Positions 28,631-39,455 of a stretch of DNA of 64,000 nucleotides are shown here, in pieces. The position numbers and the translations under genes were made by a program. Numbering within the stretch: the first letter of the stretch is position 1; the number at the start of each line of letters is the position of its first letter. The stretch comes from Candidatus Latescibacterota bacterium (GTDB lineage: Bacteria; Latescibacterota; UBA2968). The stretch covers positions 6,080,001-6,144,000 of the forward strand of contig OZ244960.1 in assembly GCA_965222605.1 (NCBI GenBank). Direction: 5' to 3'. The notes beneath the pieces were generated by a model. The model was not told where the DNA came from, made no database searches, and saw only the letters and a program-made list of their open reading frames with translations.

Positions 28631-29695
28631 ATGTCTTCTTTAAAAGAACAGTTCTGTGAAGAGGGATACGTCATTGTCAAAGATGTGCTCAATCCCGAGC
28701 AGGACATTTATCCCTTGCAAAAAGCCTATTCTGCGCTCTTAGACGCGCTGGCGCGGATTTATCTGGTTGAAACCAATGCCGAGGCGCTGGACAGATTTGA
28801 TGAGATGTCTTTTTCCGAGCGATTTGCGATGTCGCTCGGTGCCAGTCGGGGAACGGTTTTACACCATCTCGATCCCGTGCTGAATATTTTTGTTCCGACC
28901 TTTCAATGGCGCAAAGACCTACCCGATGCGCGCATTCCCGAAATGTTTGATCTTATGCGCCATCCAAAAGTCCTGGATGTTTTGGAAGTTCTTATCGGGC
29001 CGGAGATCGCCGCGTCGCCGATTTATCATTTCAATCTCAAACTCGCGCCCGATCATCTCAAGCTGGCAGATCAAGTGGCTGAGTCTGTGGGCGCGGATCT
29101 TTCAGAGGAAGGATTTTATACATTTCAGGTGGGCAAAACCGGATGGCATATGGACGCTGTTTCAGGGATAAAAGATTCTCATGAGAGCGAGATTGTCAAT
29201 GCGTGGATTCCGATTACCCATGCGACTGAAGAAAACGGCTGTTTGGTGGTCATTCCCGGGAGTCACAAAGAAGGCGTTAAATATCGTCCCTATCCAGAAG
29301 ATCTCGACACACAGGGGGTTGCACTGCCCGTTGATCCTGGAGATATTGTTTTTTTAGATAATAAAGTAATGCACAGCTCTGTTCCCAACACGAGTCGGGA
29401 AGATTATCGCTGGGCTTATAATTTCCGTTATCTGCCGATTGGGCAACCCCCTGGCCGTCCCTTTATACCGGGTTTTGTTGCGCGCAGCCGCTCGGCTCCA
29501 GAAACAGAATTGCACAATGCGTATTTGTGGAGCGCGATGTGGGTTCGCTGTCTGGATTATCTCACGGAAAGGGGCGCGCCAACATCTTATGAGGGCGTGA
29601 GCAAAATGGGTCTTGAAGAAGCACGGGCGATTACCAGCCATTGGCGCGAACTCGCACCCGATGTAGATGGCTGGTTGCGCCTGGGAAAGGATTGA
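28631..29695 (+). CDS. Phytanoyl-CoA dioxygenase-family Fe/2OG enzyme
   Basis: WHMD, NAWIP, ENGCL.VIPGSH, H.S.PN, R. Confidence 0.88.
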   Translation: MSSLKEQFCEEGYVIVKDVLNPEQDIYPLQKAYSALLDALARIYLVETNAEALDRFDEMSFSERFAMSLGASRGTVLHHLDPVLNIFVPTFQWRKDLPDARIPEMFDLMRHPKVLDVLEVLIGPEIAASPIYHFNLKLAPDHLKLADQVAESVGADLSEEGFYTFQVGKTGWHMDAVSGIKDSHESEIVNAWIPITHATEENGCLVVIPGSHKEGVKYRPYPEDLDTQGVALPVDPGDIVFLDNKVMHSSVPNTSREDYRWAYNFRYLPIGQPPGRPFIPGFVARSRSAPETELHNAYLWSAMWVRCLDYLTERGAPTSYEGVSKMGLEEARAITSHWRELAPDVDGWLRLGKD

Positions 29696-29696
29696 T

Positions 29697-30656
29697 ATGG
29701 AAAAAGTAAAAATCGGTATTATCGGCCTCGGATCTTTTTGCTCGGCCTATCACATTCCGAATTTGCTCAACAGGTCAGATGTGGAAGTCACGGCGGTTTG
29801 CGATAATACTCAGGAATGTCTGGATAAACGCGATAGGAGATTGCTCGACAGCCAGGAATTTACCGATTACCGCGATATGCTCGACCCCGATTTGATCGAT
29901 GGCGTTTTTGTCAGTACGCCCAATCGGGTGCATTTTGATCCCTGCAAGTTGGCTCTTGAGCGCGGTATTCCGGCGATTGTCGATAAACCGATTACGGTGA
30001 CAGTGGATGATGCCGAAGAACTCGTCGCGTTGAGCAAGTCGCAAAATTGCATTTTGATGACGGCTTTTACGCGCCATTTTATGCCCAGTACCGAGTATGT
30101 GCGCAGGCAAATCGCATCGGGGGCTGTCACGCCACAAATGTTCACGGCTGTCCAGCGGCGCAGTCCCGTAAAGCGCGGTACGGAAGACGGGGGCATGTTG
30201 CATCGGCGCACGATTCACATTACAGATGTTTTGCCGTGGATCACGGGCAGGCGCGTGGTCAGAGTGGAGGGCAAAATTCAATATGAGACCGGGCACATAG
30301 AGGAAACGCTGGTGGATATGCGTCTCGAATTTGAAGGGAGATTGTGCGCCAGTCTGCTCTGTATCAAGGCCTGCGACGAATATCAGGATGAGGTCACTGT
30401 GTATGCGGACACACAGAGTTATCGCCTGGAACGCGACCGCCTCTATACGATTACGCGCAGAGATGGCTGGCAGCGCGTGGAAAATCTGCCCGAGTACGGC
30501 AATTCGAGCGATCATTTTGTCGAGGCGATCAAAGGCAATCGATCCGCCTCCGATGCCCCCTTCGCCGATCCGCACAGCGAAGACGGCCTTCATGCACAGC
30601 GCGTTGTTTTTGCCATGCACAAGGCCGCACAAACAGGGCGTGTGGTGGATGTGTAG
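29697..30656 (+). CDS. Gfo/Idh/MocA oxidoreductase
   Basis: GIIGLG, STPN..H, VDKP. Confidence 0.88.
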   Translation: MEKVKIGIIGLGSFCSAYHIPNLLNRSDVEVTAVCDNTQECLDKRDRRLLDSQEFTDYRDMLDPDLIDGVFVSTPNRVHFDPCKLALERGIPAIVDKPITVTVDDAEELVALSKSQNCILMTAFTRHFMPSTEYVRRQIASGAVTPQMFTAVQRRSPVKRGTEDGGMLHRRTIHITDVLPWITGRRVVRVEGKIQYETGHIEETLVDMRLEFEGRLCASLLCIKACDEYQDEVTVYADTQSYRLERDRLYTITRRDGWQRVENLPEYGNSSDHFVEAIKGNRSASDAPFADPHSEDGLHAQRVVFAMHKAAQTGRVVDV

Positions 30657-30725
30657 TGGGGTACAAGAAAGTGGAAGATTGAAAATCGTTTAGAGGAAGT
30701 ACACACCTATAATAGGAAACAGGAA

Positions 30726-32246
30726 ATGCCTTCTCAACCAAATATCGTTTTTATTCATGCCGAGAGCATGGATGGGCGAAAGATGGGATGTATGGGGCAT
30801 CCCGCCCTGCAAAACGCCACGCCCAATATGGATCGCCTCGCCAGCGATGGGGTCCTGTTTACCAATGCGTACACCAATTGCCCGGTGTGCAACCCGTCGC
30901 GTGCGAGTATGTGGAGCGGGAAATACCCCAATTATTACGATTGCTGGAACAACCACGAAGGGTTGCACGAGAATGTGCCCACGTATCAAAATACATTTGA
31001 GAGCGCGGGCTATCAGACCTCTGCTATCGGTCCTATCGATTTTGCTTATGGCAAACACTCCATCCGAGACCGCATTGGTTCGTGGACGCGCGCGGCCAAT
31101 ATTCGCCGCCCCTTGTGTCGCACGCCCTTGCCGCAAGTCGTAGATGATGGCAAGGCCAATGGGCGCGATTGGGACCGCACGTATCAGGCTGTTGATCAAC
31201 TGCATCAATACGCCAGGAGCGACCGGCCTTTCTGGCTCTATCTCACTACGGGATTGGTGCATCCCGCGTTCACTGCTGAGAAACGCCACATGCCGCTGAT
31301 CGATGCGGATAAAGTCGATATTCCGCCAACGTTGATGCCGCTCGAAGCTACGCACAATGAAGCGATTGTGTACCAGCGCGTGACCAAAAATTGCGATAAA
31401 CAGTTCTCTGAGAATCTCGTTCGAGAGATTCGGCACACGTACTTTGCGATGATCGCCGCGCTCGATGAGATGGTCGGTCGGGTGCTTCAGACCGTCGATG
31501 ATCTGGGGTTGCGCGACAATACGTATGTCATTTTTTCAAGCGATCACGGTGAGATGGCCGGCGATCAAAACCAAATACTCAAACGCTCGATGTACGAGGC
31601 ATCCTCTCATGTTCCCCTCATTATCCGCGGTCCCGATGTGCAAAAAGGCGTTGTCGTCGATACACCCGTTTCTCTCGTTGATCTCTATCCCACATTTATG
31701 GATATGGCCCGCATCTGCTATGACGATTATGCGACTAATGCAGCGTATCCCGATGCGCTGGACGGGGAATCCCTATTTCCGCAACTCGTCGAGGGGGCGG
31801 GGCGCGAACGCGATTGGGCCATGTGCGAATACCACGGTGATCGCTGTGCCACAGGCACGTTTATGCTGCGCCAGGGCGATTGGAAATACGTCAAGCACAC
31901 GGGTTTTGACTCTGAACTCTTTAATCTCAAAGACGATCCCGACGAAACGACCGATCTCGTCCATGACAAACCGAATATCGCCTGCGAATTGGATCGGGTG
32001 CTGACCGAGAATTTTGATTGTGAAGGCATTGATGCGCGGGCAAAAGAATACGACCGCGAAAGTTTTGTCGCATGGCGCGAGCAGGCCCTAAAAGAAGGCA
32101 TTTACAAGGATACAATGGCTCTGGTCTATAGCGGTCACGATCGCGTTTGTATTGAGGATATTGCGCCGTGGACAGACGCAGATGAACAGCGGGTTGAAGC
32201 GTGGCTGGATGGTAGGGGGCGGGTTTCAAACCCGCCCGTACATTAG
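30726..32246 (+). CDS. Sulfatase (choline-sulfatase/ARSK-like)
   Basis: CNPSRASMWSG, SSDHGEM, ELFNLKDDPDE. Confidence 0.92.
   Translation: MPSQPNIVFIHAESMDGRKMGCMGHPALQNATPNMDRLASDGVLFTNAYTNCPVCNPSRASMWSGKYPNYYDCWNNHEGLHENVPTYQNTFESAGYQTSAIGPIDFAYGKHSIRDRIGSWTRAANIRRPLCRTPLPQVVDDGKANGRDWDRTYQAVDQLHQYARSDRPFWLYLTTGLVHPAFTAEKRHMPLIDADKVDIPPTLMPLEATHNEAIVYQRVTKNCDKQFSENLVREIRHTYFAMIAALDEMVGRVLQTVDDLGLRDNTYVIFSSDHGEMAGDQNQILKRSMYEASSHVPLIIRGPDVQKGVVVDTPVSLVDLYPTFMDMARICYDDYATNAAYPDALDGESLFPQLVEGAGRERDWAMCEYHGDRCATGTFMLRQGDWKYVKHTGFDSELFNLKDDPDETTDLVHDKPNIACELDRVLTENFDCEGIDARAKEYDRESFVAWREQALKEGIYKDTMALVYSGHDRVCIEDIAPWTDADEQRVEAWLDGRGRVSNPPVH
32212..32241 (+). repeat. GTAG REP-like palindrome inside the 3' end of the sulfatase ORF
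   Basis: GTAG-GGGGCGGGTTT-C-AAACCCGCCC-GTAC. Confidence 0.6.
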
Positions 32247-32283
32247 CGAGCCTCAGTACCCAACATCAGGTCAATTTTTATAC

Positions 32284-32643
32284 ATGCCTACCGCACTTCT
32301 CATTGTCGATCACGGTTCCAGGCGTGAAGAAGCCAACCAAATGCTTCACGGCGTTGGCGATATTTTGCGTCGAGCGCGCCCCGATATCATTGTCCACGTC
32401 GCGCACATGGAACTGGCCGAACCCACTATTAGACAGGGTATTGATGCATGTGTGCGCGAGGGGGCGAGCGAGATAATTGTTCATCCCTATATGCTTTCTC
32501 CCGGACGCCATGCCACAGAAGATATTCCGCGCATGGCAACAGAAGCAGGGGCTGTATATCCAGATGTGAATATCCGCGTTACCGAACCGCTTGGCTTGCA
32601 CGACAAACTCTGCGAGGTCATTCTCCAGCGCGCCGGGTTGTAA
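32284..32643 (+). CDS. Short CbiX/SirB-type chelatase
   Basis: LLIVDHGSR, AHMELAEP, PY.LSPGRH..EDIP, EPLG.H. Confidence 0.9.
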   Translation: MPTALLIVDHGSRREEANQMLHGVGDILRRARPDIIVHVAHMELAEPTIRQGIDACVREGASEIIVHPYMLSPGRHATEDIPRMATEAGAVYPDVNIRVTEPLGLHDKLCEVILQRAGL

Positions 32644-32653
32644 AGGCGATTCT

Positions 32654-33829
32654 ATGTCCACAGAAACCGCGCCATCCTTTCGTCCTGTTTTTTATATTAC
32701 CGCTGCACACATGGCGTTGGATTTTTACATGGTCCTCACGCCGCCATTGTGGGCTTTTTTTCAGAGTCATTTCAATCTCACGGTGGCGCAGTTTGCTTAT
32801 TTGCCCACGGTGATTATCTTTTGCGGTTCTATCGCTCAGCCCTTTATGGGCTATTTTAGCGATGGACGCGATCGCATGGCCCTCGTTGCGCTGGGGCTTT
32901 TTGTTACGGGTATTTTTGTCTCTTGTATCGGCTTTGCACCCACCGTTTATATACTCGCTGCATTTTTGATTTTCGCGTCTTTTGGGTCCTCTCTTTTTCA
33001 TCCCACCGCCGGAGGATTGGTCACGGCTTTAACGCCGCATCGAGCCAATCTGTCTATGGCTATTTTTCTGACTGGGGGAACACTGGGGATGGCGCTCGCT
33101 TCGATTACCGGGACGCAAATTGTCGAGCGATATGGCATCGAATATCTGTGGCTTATTGTTATCCCTGTCTTGATTCTTGCACCATTTATCCTGTGGCAGG
33201 CTCGAAAAGTTCCCGTACATGAACGCCGTATAACCGCGGGCAAAATCGATTTCTCCATTTTAAAAAAAACGCGCTCTTTGTGGACGCTTTTTGCCATTAG
33301 TGTTTTGCGCTCTATTATTCACACGGGGTTTGTCAGTTTTACGGCTATTTTGGGGGCGTCTCGCGGTTGGGCTACCAGTGAAATCGGCTGGATTTTTTCC
33401 GGTTATTTGCTTTCCAGCACGCTGGGGCGTATCACGGGTGGTTATCTGGCAGATCGCATGTCTCAGCGCAAACTTCTGGCTTTTTCGTGTGCTTCATCCG
33501 CAATTTTTCACGCGGGTTTTTGCGTGACAGACGGATACGTGTCGCTCATTTCGTTTTTTGTGGCGGGGTATTTGTTCGACCTCGGCATTACGACGAATAT
33601 CTCTTTGGCGCAACGCGCCTTGCCTCACAATACGAGTACGGCGACCGGATTGGTGATGGGTTTTTCCTGGAGTATGGCGGGCCTTGCTATGATCGGCGTA
33701 GGCAGTCTTGCGGAGTGGACTTCTACTGCTACTGCGCTTACGGTTGTCTCTATGGTGCTTATCCCGGCAACTCTTCTGGTTGGACTGCTGCCCTCTGAGT
33801 ATAGTGAGGCGAGAAGTAGGGAAAAATAA
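32654..33829 (+). CDS. MFS transporter (Fsr-like)
   Basis: About 12 TM segments; QPFMGYFSD, SLFHP, GYLADR. Confidence 0.88.
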   Translation: MSTETAPSFRPVFYITAAHMALDFYMVLTPPLWAFFQSHFNLTVAQFAYLPTVIIFCGSIAQPFMGYFSDGRDRMALVALGLFVTGIFVSCIGFAPTVYILAAFLIFASFGSSLFHPTAGGLVTALTPHRANLSMAIFLTGGTLGMALASITGTQIVERYGIEYLWLIVIPVLILAPFILWQARKVPVHERRITAGKIDFSILKKTRSLWTLFAISVLRSIIHTGFVSFTAILGASRGWATSEIGWIFSGYLLSSTLGRITGGYLADRMSQRKLLAFSCASSAIFHAGFCVTDGYVSLISFFVAGYLFDLGITTNISLAQRALPHNTSTATGLVMGFSWSMAGLAMIGVGSLAEWTSTATALTVVSMVLIPATLLVGLLPSEYSEARSREK

Positions 33830-33842
33830 AAGGCGAGGTGAG

Positions 33843-36800
33843 ATGGTTCACACGAAGACACAGAGACACAAAGAGAGGCGGGGGCTGGGGGCTGGGGGCT
33901 GGGAGCTGAGGTGGGGTTACGCGCTTGCTGTGGTTATCTGTGGTTTCTTTTCACAGATAGCTCACGCGCAACCCGCGTATTCTCCAGGGCAGATTCTCGT
34001 TAAGTTTCGTAGCGCAGGACGGGGTAAAACTGCGGTAGCAGTTCACCCGGCGCTTGCACAATTCCGCGATCTATCAGAGCGCTATGGCGTGACGGCGATT
34101 GAACCGCTTTTTACGCCGCGAAGTGCCAAGGCTGTTTATCCCCATCCTTTAAGTCAGGTGTACCGCGTGCGCTTGTCGGGCGATCCAATCGAAGCTGCAG
34201 CCGATTACGCATTGCGCCCCGACGTTGTGTACGCGCAACCCAATTATTTGTTTACGCACCAACAAGTGCCCAATGACCCGCGGTACAGCGATCAGCATAA
34301 TCTTCAGATCCTCGATTGGGAGATATTGCAACAAAACCTCGGTCCCATTCGAGAACAGATAATTGTCGCGATCATTGATTCCGGCGTTGATTATAACCAC
34401 GAAGACTTGCGCGACAATATCTGGCACAATGCCGCAGAAGTAGGCGGCTCGTCTGGCGTTGACGACGATGGGAATGGGTATATCGACGATATAAGGGGTT
34501 GGGATTTCACCCATGCGCCTGATCTGCCGGGGATGGGCGATTATCTCATGCGGGACAACGACCCACAGGATGAATCCTCGCACGGTACGCGCGTTGCAGG
34601 CATTGTTGCTGCCGCGACGAATAACAATAGGGGAATTGCCGGTATTGCGCCCAATGCACAGATTATGGCACTGCGGGCAGGTTTGAGACGGCTTGGAGGC
34701 ATTGGCTTTCTCGAAGAAGATGATATCGCTGCGGCCATTCTCTATGCCGTGGAAAATGGCGCGCATGTCATTAATATGAGTTTTGGGGGGCCTGAGCGCA
34801 CTTTTATCCTGGGCGATGTAATCCAATACGCACACGCTCAGGGCGTTGTGCTCGTCGCCTCTGCGGGTAACTCGGGCGATGAGTTGGAGTATCCCGCAGG
34901 CAATCACTATACGATTGCCGTAGGTGCGGTAAATTCCTCCGACCGTCTGGCGGGTTTTAGCAGCACGGGCGCGTCGCTCGATCTGGTTGCACCGGGTGTC
35001 AATATTCTCAGCATACGTCTCAACAATCGCTATGCCTCAGGCTCTGGCACTTCTTTTTCCGCGCCTCATATATCCGGTTTGGTCGCGCTGATTTTCTCGC
35101 GTCGGCCCGATCTTCCGCCTCACTCTGTACGCAATTTGCTCATCGCATCTGCAATTGACCTGGGTTCGCCGGGGCACGACAATGAGTATGGCGCGGGGCG
35201 CGTAAGTGGGACGGAACTCGCAAATCGCCTGAGTACTTTCGATTCGCTGACGGTTGCGATTCACACGCCCAACAACGATCAAGGAGAAGATACTGCGTTT
35301 GATATTCGCGCTTCTGTTGCGGGCGCGCAGGTTACGGGTTATCGCCTGTCTTATGGTTTGGGGCACAATCCACATACGTGGACACGTCTTGCAGAAGGAT
35401 TACCCTCTCTGGACATTCGCTATACGTGGGATGTTTCTGCTTTTACAAATTCTGATGTGGTTTTGCGACTCGAGGCAGATTTGTCGGATGGCGCGGTTGT
35501 GGAAGACCGCGTTCGCGTTGCCATTCAAAAAAGGGCACCCTCTATCACCGCGCTTGCGTGTGGCGATGTATTGGTGGGCGACCGCCGCGTTTTTGAATGT
35601 CGCTGGCGGACTGATCAGCGCGCACACGGGGGTATTGCCTATCGCTATGGCGCGGATTTTGATACCCTTTACACCGGCCTGGTGCAAAACAAACACCGCG
35701 TTGTTCTGCCCCACACATTGCCAGCGGGTGTTGTGACATTTCACGTTTTGGCTGATGGAGAAAACAATATCCGCGCGGTGCATCCGGCGCAGACAATTGA
35801 TTATGTTCCTTTTCGCGTCCCGCAAAATGGTTTTACAGAAATGGGTACATTGCCCGATGGTTTTTTGCCCGATCGCGCGTCGGATTTCGACCGCGATGGC
35901 AGGCTGGAAATCGCGCTTATGCCCTATGTTAGCGGCAGTTACGGACCCGTGCATATTTACGAACGCCAGACAGATGGCACATTTGCCGATGAATTTCAAA
36001 GCGATGAGCGTTTTTTGCCCTGGGCAATTGGCGATATTACGAATGATGGGACCGATGATTTGTTGGGCGTGACTTATGAGCGTCTTGTGCTTTTTACAGA
36101 TAGCTTCTCCAATCCCTATCCCGCGCAAGTGGAATTTGAACAGCGCGACACATGGGGCGGCGATTTTGCCGATGTGGATGGCGATAGCATTCCCGATATT
36201 ATCGCTCGTTCAGGTGGGCAGCGCGGTATCCGCGTGATTCGCAATCTCGGCAGTGTGATCCGCGAGGAGGCATTTCTCGCCGATCCCTCGCAAGGCACTG
36301 GCGACCTTGGTCCGCGCTTTGTGGTTGCAGACTTTGACCGGGATGAGCAGCGGGAAATTCTCGCTGGCGATGCCGATGGCGATCTCTGGATATACGAATA
36401 TCGCGCGGGGAAATACGTGCAGACATGGTCCTTGCCGGGAGATGGAGATGCGCGCTGGATTGGTGGGGGTGTGGATTTGGACGACGATGGATTGGTAGAA
36501 TTTGCCGTTGCTCGTGCATATACAGATGCCTATGAAGCTTCCAATGGTTTCTGGGAGTTGGAGATTTACAGCATGCGTGCGCCCGATACTTATGCACGCG
36601 AATGGACGACGCGGATCAATGGGGTGGCGACTACGGGCAATGGGATTTCAGCAGGGGATGTCGATGGGGATGGCCTGGCCGATTTGCTACTATGCCTGCG
36701 TCCCGATCTCTATGCTTTTCGCGCTGAAGAGCCAGATCACTATCGCCCGATCTGGCATACGCCGGTGGGTTTGATGCGTCGCGCACTCATTGCCGATCTG

Positions 36801-37589
36801 GATAAAGATTTTCGCAGTGAGGTACTTTTTAATTTTGATGGCGCAGTGCATATTGTTGAACGCGATGAACCGCCGGTTGCAGTAGGGTCGCCGCAGATTA
36901 TACGCGCGCGTCCCCTGGGACCAACCCGCGTTGAAATCGACTGGATGCAAGTGCCCGATGCATCTTCTTACCAGATTTATCGCGCTGTTGGCGATGGTGC
37001 GCTCGATTATTTCGATGAGATAAGCGACCGCACGGTGTATATCGATTCTTTGCTAACTGAAGGACAGACCTATCGCTACCAGATTGTCGCCGTGGCAGAT
37101 TGGGACCTGCGATCGGGTATTGTCTCTCTCACGCCAAACCGTGCGCCAGAAGTCGTGCGTGTTGAAACGTTGTCGGACAACCAGATTCAAATTTTCTTTT
37201 CAGAGGAGATGGGATCAGATGCGGCACTGCCATCGAGTTATCTGCTCGGCGGTGTTGGACAACCGACATCTGTGGTTCTCGATCAACAAAATACCCGAGC
37301 GGTTCTGTCCTTTGCCGTGCCTTTCCCAGCTCGCTATACACTGACTATTCTCAATGTATCCGATGCGAGCGGTACACCTCTTGGACTGACAACTATTGCA
37401 GATACTGTTGACCTAGACCTTCTTGCGCGAGCCGATGCCGATGGCAGTGGCGTTGTCGATTTTGCGGATTTTTTGGCTTTTGTCCACGCATTTCAAACTT
37501 CCGATTCCACATTCGATTTTGACGGCGATGGTATCGTCAATTTCCCCGACTTTCTCATCTTTGCCAACCTCTTTGGTCGAGCAGTATGA
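33843..37589 (+). CDS. Large secreted S8 subtilase with FG-GAP-like, FN3, Ig-like and EF-hand/dockerin-like domains (start uncertain)
   Basis: IIDSG, HGT.VAG, ASAGN, GTSFSAP; repeated DxDxDG motifs; C-terminal DADGSGVVDFADF / DFDGDGIVNFPDF. Confidence 0.9.
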   Translation: MVHTKTQRHKERRGLGAGGWELRWGYALAVVICGFFSQIAHAQPAYSPGQILVKFRSAGRGKTAVAVHPALAQFRDLSERYGVTAIEPLFTPRSAKAVYPHPLSQVYRVRLSGDPIEAAADYALRPDVVYAQPNYLFTHQQVPNDPRYSDQHNLQILDWEILQQNLGPIREQIIVAIIDSGVDYNHEDLRDNIWHNAAEVGGSSGVDDDGNGYIDDIRGWDFTHAPDLPGMGDYLMRDNDPQDESSHGTRVAGIVAAATNNNRGIAGIAPNAQIMALRAGLRRLGGIGFLEEDDIAAAILYAVENGAHVINMSFGGPERTFILGDVIQYAHAQGVVLVASAGNSGDELEYPAGNHYTIAVGAVNSSDRLAGFSSTGASLDLVAPGVNILSIRLNNRYASGSGTSFSAPHISGLVALIFSRRPDLPPHSVRNLLIASAIDLGSPGHDNEYGAGRVSGTELANRLSTFDSLTVAIHTPNNDQGEDTAFDIRASVAGAQVTGYRLSYGLGHNPHTWTRLAEGLPSLDIRYTWDVSAFTNSDVVLRLEADLSDGAVVEDRVRVAIQKRAPSITALACGDVLVGDRRVFECRWRTDQRAHGGIAYRYGADFDTLYTGLVQNKHRVVLPHTLPAGVVTFHVLADGENNIRAVHPAQTIDYVPFRVPQNGFTEMGTLPDGFLPDRASDFDRDGRLEIALMPYVSGSYGPVHIYERQTDGTFADEFQSDERFLPWAIGDITNDGTDDLLGVTYERLVLFTDSFSNPYPAQVEFEQRDTWGGDFADVDGDSIPDIIARSGGQRGIRVIRNLGSVIREEAFLADPSQGTGDLGPRFVVADFDRDEQREILAGDADGDLWIYEYRAGKYVQTWSLPGDGDARWIGGGVDLDDDGLVEFAVARAYTDAYEASNGFWELEIYSMRAPDTYAREWTTRINGVATTGNGISAGDVDGDGLADLLLCLRPDLYAFRAEEPDHYRPIWHTPVGLMRRALIADLDKDFRSEVLFNFDGAVHIVERDEPPVAVGSPQIIRARPLGPTRVEIDWMQVPDASSYQIYRAVGDGALDYFDEISDRTVYIDSLLTEGQTYRYQIVAVADWDLRSGIVSLTPNRAPEVVRVETLSDNQIQIFFSEEMGSDAALPSSYLLGGVGQPTSVVLDQQNTRAVLSFAVPFPARYTLTILNVSDASGTPLGLTTIADTVDLDLLARADADGSGVVDFADFLAFVHAFQTSDSTFDFDGDGIVNFPDFLIFANLFGRAV

Positions 37590-37620
37590 GAACCGAGGAC
37601 CAATAGGGAAGGACCTGGTC

Positions 37621-38265
37621 GTGAATATTGGTATTCCCAAACGCGCGTTTTTTCAGGTGGCTTTTCCCTGTGTATTCCGCGCAGATGCCCCGGTGATTGA
37701 TGGCGTGCTCAATGACTGGGAGGCGACTTATTTGGTGCCCGATTTGACCGGGGTTGAGGGCAAAAATCCCTTTGCCGATGTGTATATGGCATGGCACGAT
37801 ACCGGATTGTTTTTTGCCGTTGATGTAAAAGGTGCCGGAGGGCGTGCGCCCGATGTCCGCCGTCCATTGCGCGGTGATGGTTTTCAAGTGTGGATTGATA
37901 CGCGCGATGTGCGTAATGTGCCACGAGGAAGCCGCTATTGTCATCATTTTTGTTTTTGGCCGGGCAGGAAAGAGGGCCGGGCAGGGGGAAGGCAGTTTCG
38001 TTTGCGACGGGCAAGAACGCATCCGAGGTTGTGCGATCCCGAGCGTTTAGAGGTGGCTTCAAAGATGTACCAAACGGGGTACCGCCTGGAAGCCCATATT
38101 CCCACTGCTGCAATGACCGGGTTTGATCCCGATGAGAATAATCGGATCGGTTTTACTTATTTGCTGCGCGATAAGAATTTGGGGCGGCAAGTTTGGACGG
38201 CAGAGGAGATTTTGCCCGTGTCTTATGATCCGAGTTTGTGGGGTACAGCAGAATTGGTAAGGTGA
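37621..38265 (+). CDS. CBM9/DOMON-like domain protein
   Basis: PVIDG.LNDW, VYMAW..GL, VWIDTR, Y.LEA.IP, PSLWG. Confidence 0.7.
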   Translation: MNIGIPKRAFFQVAFPCVFRADAPVIDGVLNDWEATYLVPDLTGVEGKNPFADVYMAWHDTGLFFAVDVKGAGGRAPDVRRPLRGDGFQVWIDTRDVRNVPRGSRYCHHFCFWPGRKEGRAGGRQFRLRRARTHPRLCDPERLEVASKMYQTGYRLEAHIPTAAMTGFDPDENNRIGFTYLLRDKNLGRQVWTAEEILPVSYDPSLWGTAELVR

Positions 38266-38373
38266 GTGTCAAAAGGCGAGGAGGAGGTTTGTATTTCGTT
38301 AAATAGTTTTGTATATTGGAGGCATTGAACGATAGCTTCAAATCGGCAATGGGTTTGTATTCGAGGTTGGTAC

Positions 38374-39387
38374 ATGGCACAAGATAGCGAACTTTCTCAT
38401 GACCTCGCCGCTCACGTAGAGCGTTTGGAGTCGCTGTTGGCAATTAGTCGGTTGATGAATGCGACGTCAAACCAGGGGCGGTTGATCAGTGGTATTGCGC
38501 ATGAGATCTCCACGTATTTGGATGCGGATCAGTGTTCGATTTTTTTTCACAACCGCCTGACGGATGAGCTTTATACGCATGTTGGGGCAGGGGTCGAAAA
38601 AGATACGCAAGTGCGAATTCCGAGCAATAGGGGTATCGCAGGGCATGTGTTTAAGAGCGGCGATGTGAGAAATGTTTTAGATACTTCCAAAGACCCTTTG
38701 TTCACCAATGTACTCGGGTATGAAACGCATACCATGTTGGCCTTTCCGCTGCACAACAGACGCGGGGAGGTGATAGGTGTAATGGAACTCCTGAACAAGA
38801 AAGGTGATCCGGGGTATTTTACAAAAGATGATGAGGATTTTCTGCACGAGGTGGCCGCGCAAATCGGTGGGTTAGTCGATATGATGTTGCGGCGAGAGGA
38901 GATGGCCCACCGCAATGAGTTGCTCGAAGCACAGATGGAGCGCTTGTCGGGATTTGAGCATCTGGTGGAGGACCGCACGGTTATCAATACCGTGTTTAAG
39001 TACAATCGCAAGATACACTATTGGGCAGGGTTTATCGGCATGATTGTGCTGGCACTGATGTCTATTACCTCGCTGGTGATGGTGCGATCTGATGATTTCC
39101 GGTCTGTGATGCTGAATTTGCACACGGGGGCCATTTTTACGGGCCCGGAAAGAAACGATTATAAAATTTATACCGATATCGTTGCCTATGTTACGTTGAC
39201 AATTTGTCTTTCTGGTTTTCTAATGTATGCCTATCCACCGCTGAATCGCTGGATGAGGGCCAAAAAGGATCGGCTTTCGCGGTTTATGATTCAGGCGGGG
39301 GTGCGTCAGCTCAATCAAAATCGCCGGGTTCAGGAGGGGTTGCGAAAAGTACTGGGGGGCCGGGATAAGCCCTCTGGAAAAACTTGA
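38374..39387 (+). CDS. GAF-domain protein with a C-terminal PepSY-TM-like His-bearing membrane module
   Basis: ADQCSIF, GIAGHV, YET.TMLAFPL..GEVIGVMELLNK, FTKDD..L; RKIHYWAG..SITS and LNLHTG TM motifs. Confidence 0.8.
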   Translation: MAQDSELSHDLAAHVERLESLLAISRLMNATSNQGRLISGIAHEISTYLDADQCSIFFHNRLTDELYTHVGAGVEKDTQVRIPSNRGIAGHVFKSGDVRNVLDTSKDPLFTNVLGYETHTMLAFPLHNRRGEVIGVMELLNKKGDPGYFTKDDEDFLHEVAAQIGGLVDMMLRREEMAHRNELLEAQMERLSGFEHLVEDRTVINTVFKYNRKIHYWAGFIGMIVLALMSITSLVMVRSDDFRSVMLNLHTGAIFTGPERNDYKIYTDIVAYVTLTICLSGFLMYAYPPLNRWMRAKKDRLSRFMIQAGVRQLNQNRRVQEGLRKVLGGRDKPSGKT

Positions 39388-39455
39388 TTTTGTGTTGAGA
39401 AAAGTTTATTATCATGGTCCGCGATGTGAAACGAAAAGGAAAGAGGAGGAAGGTA

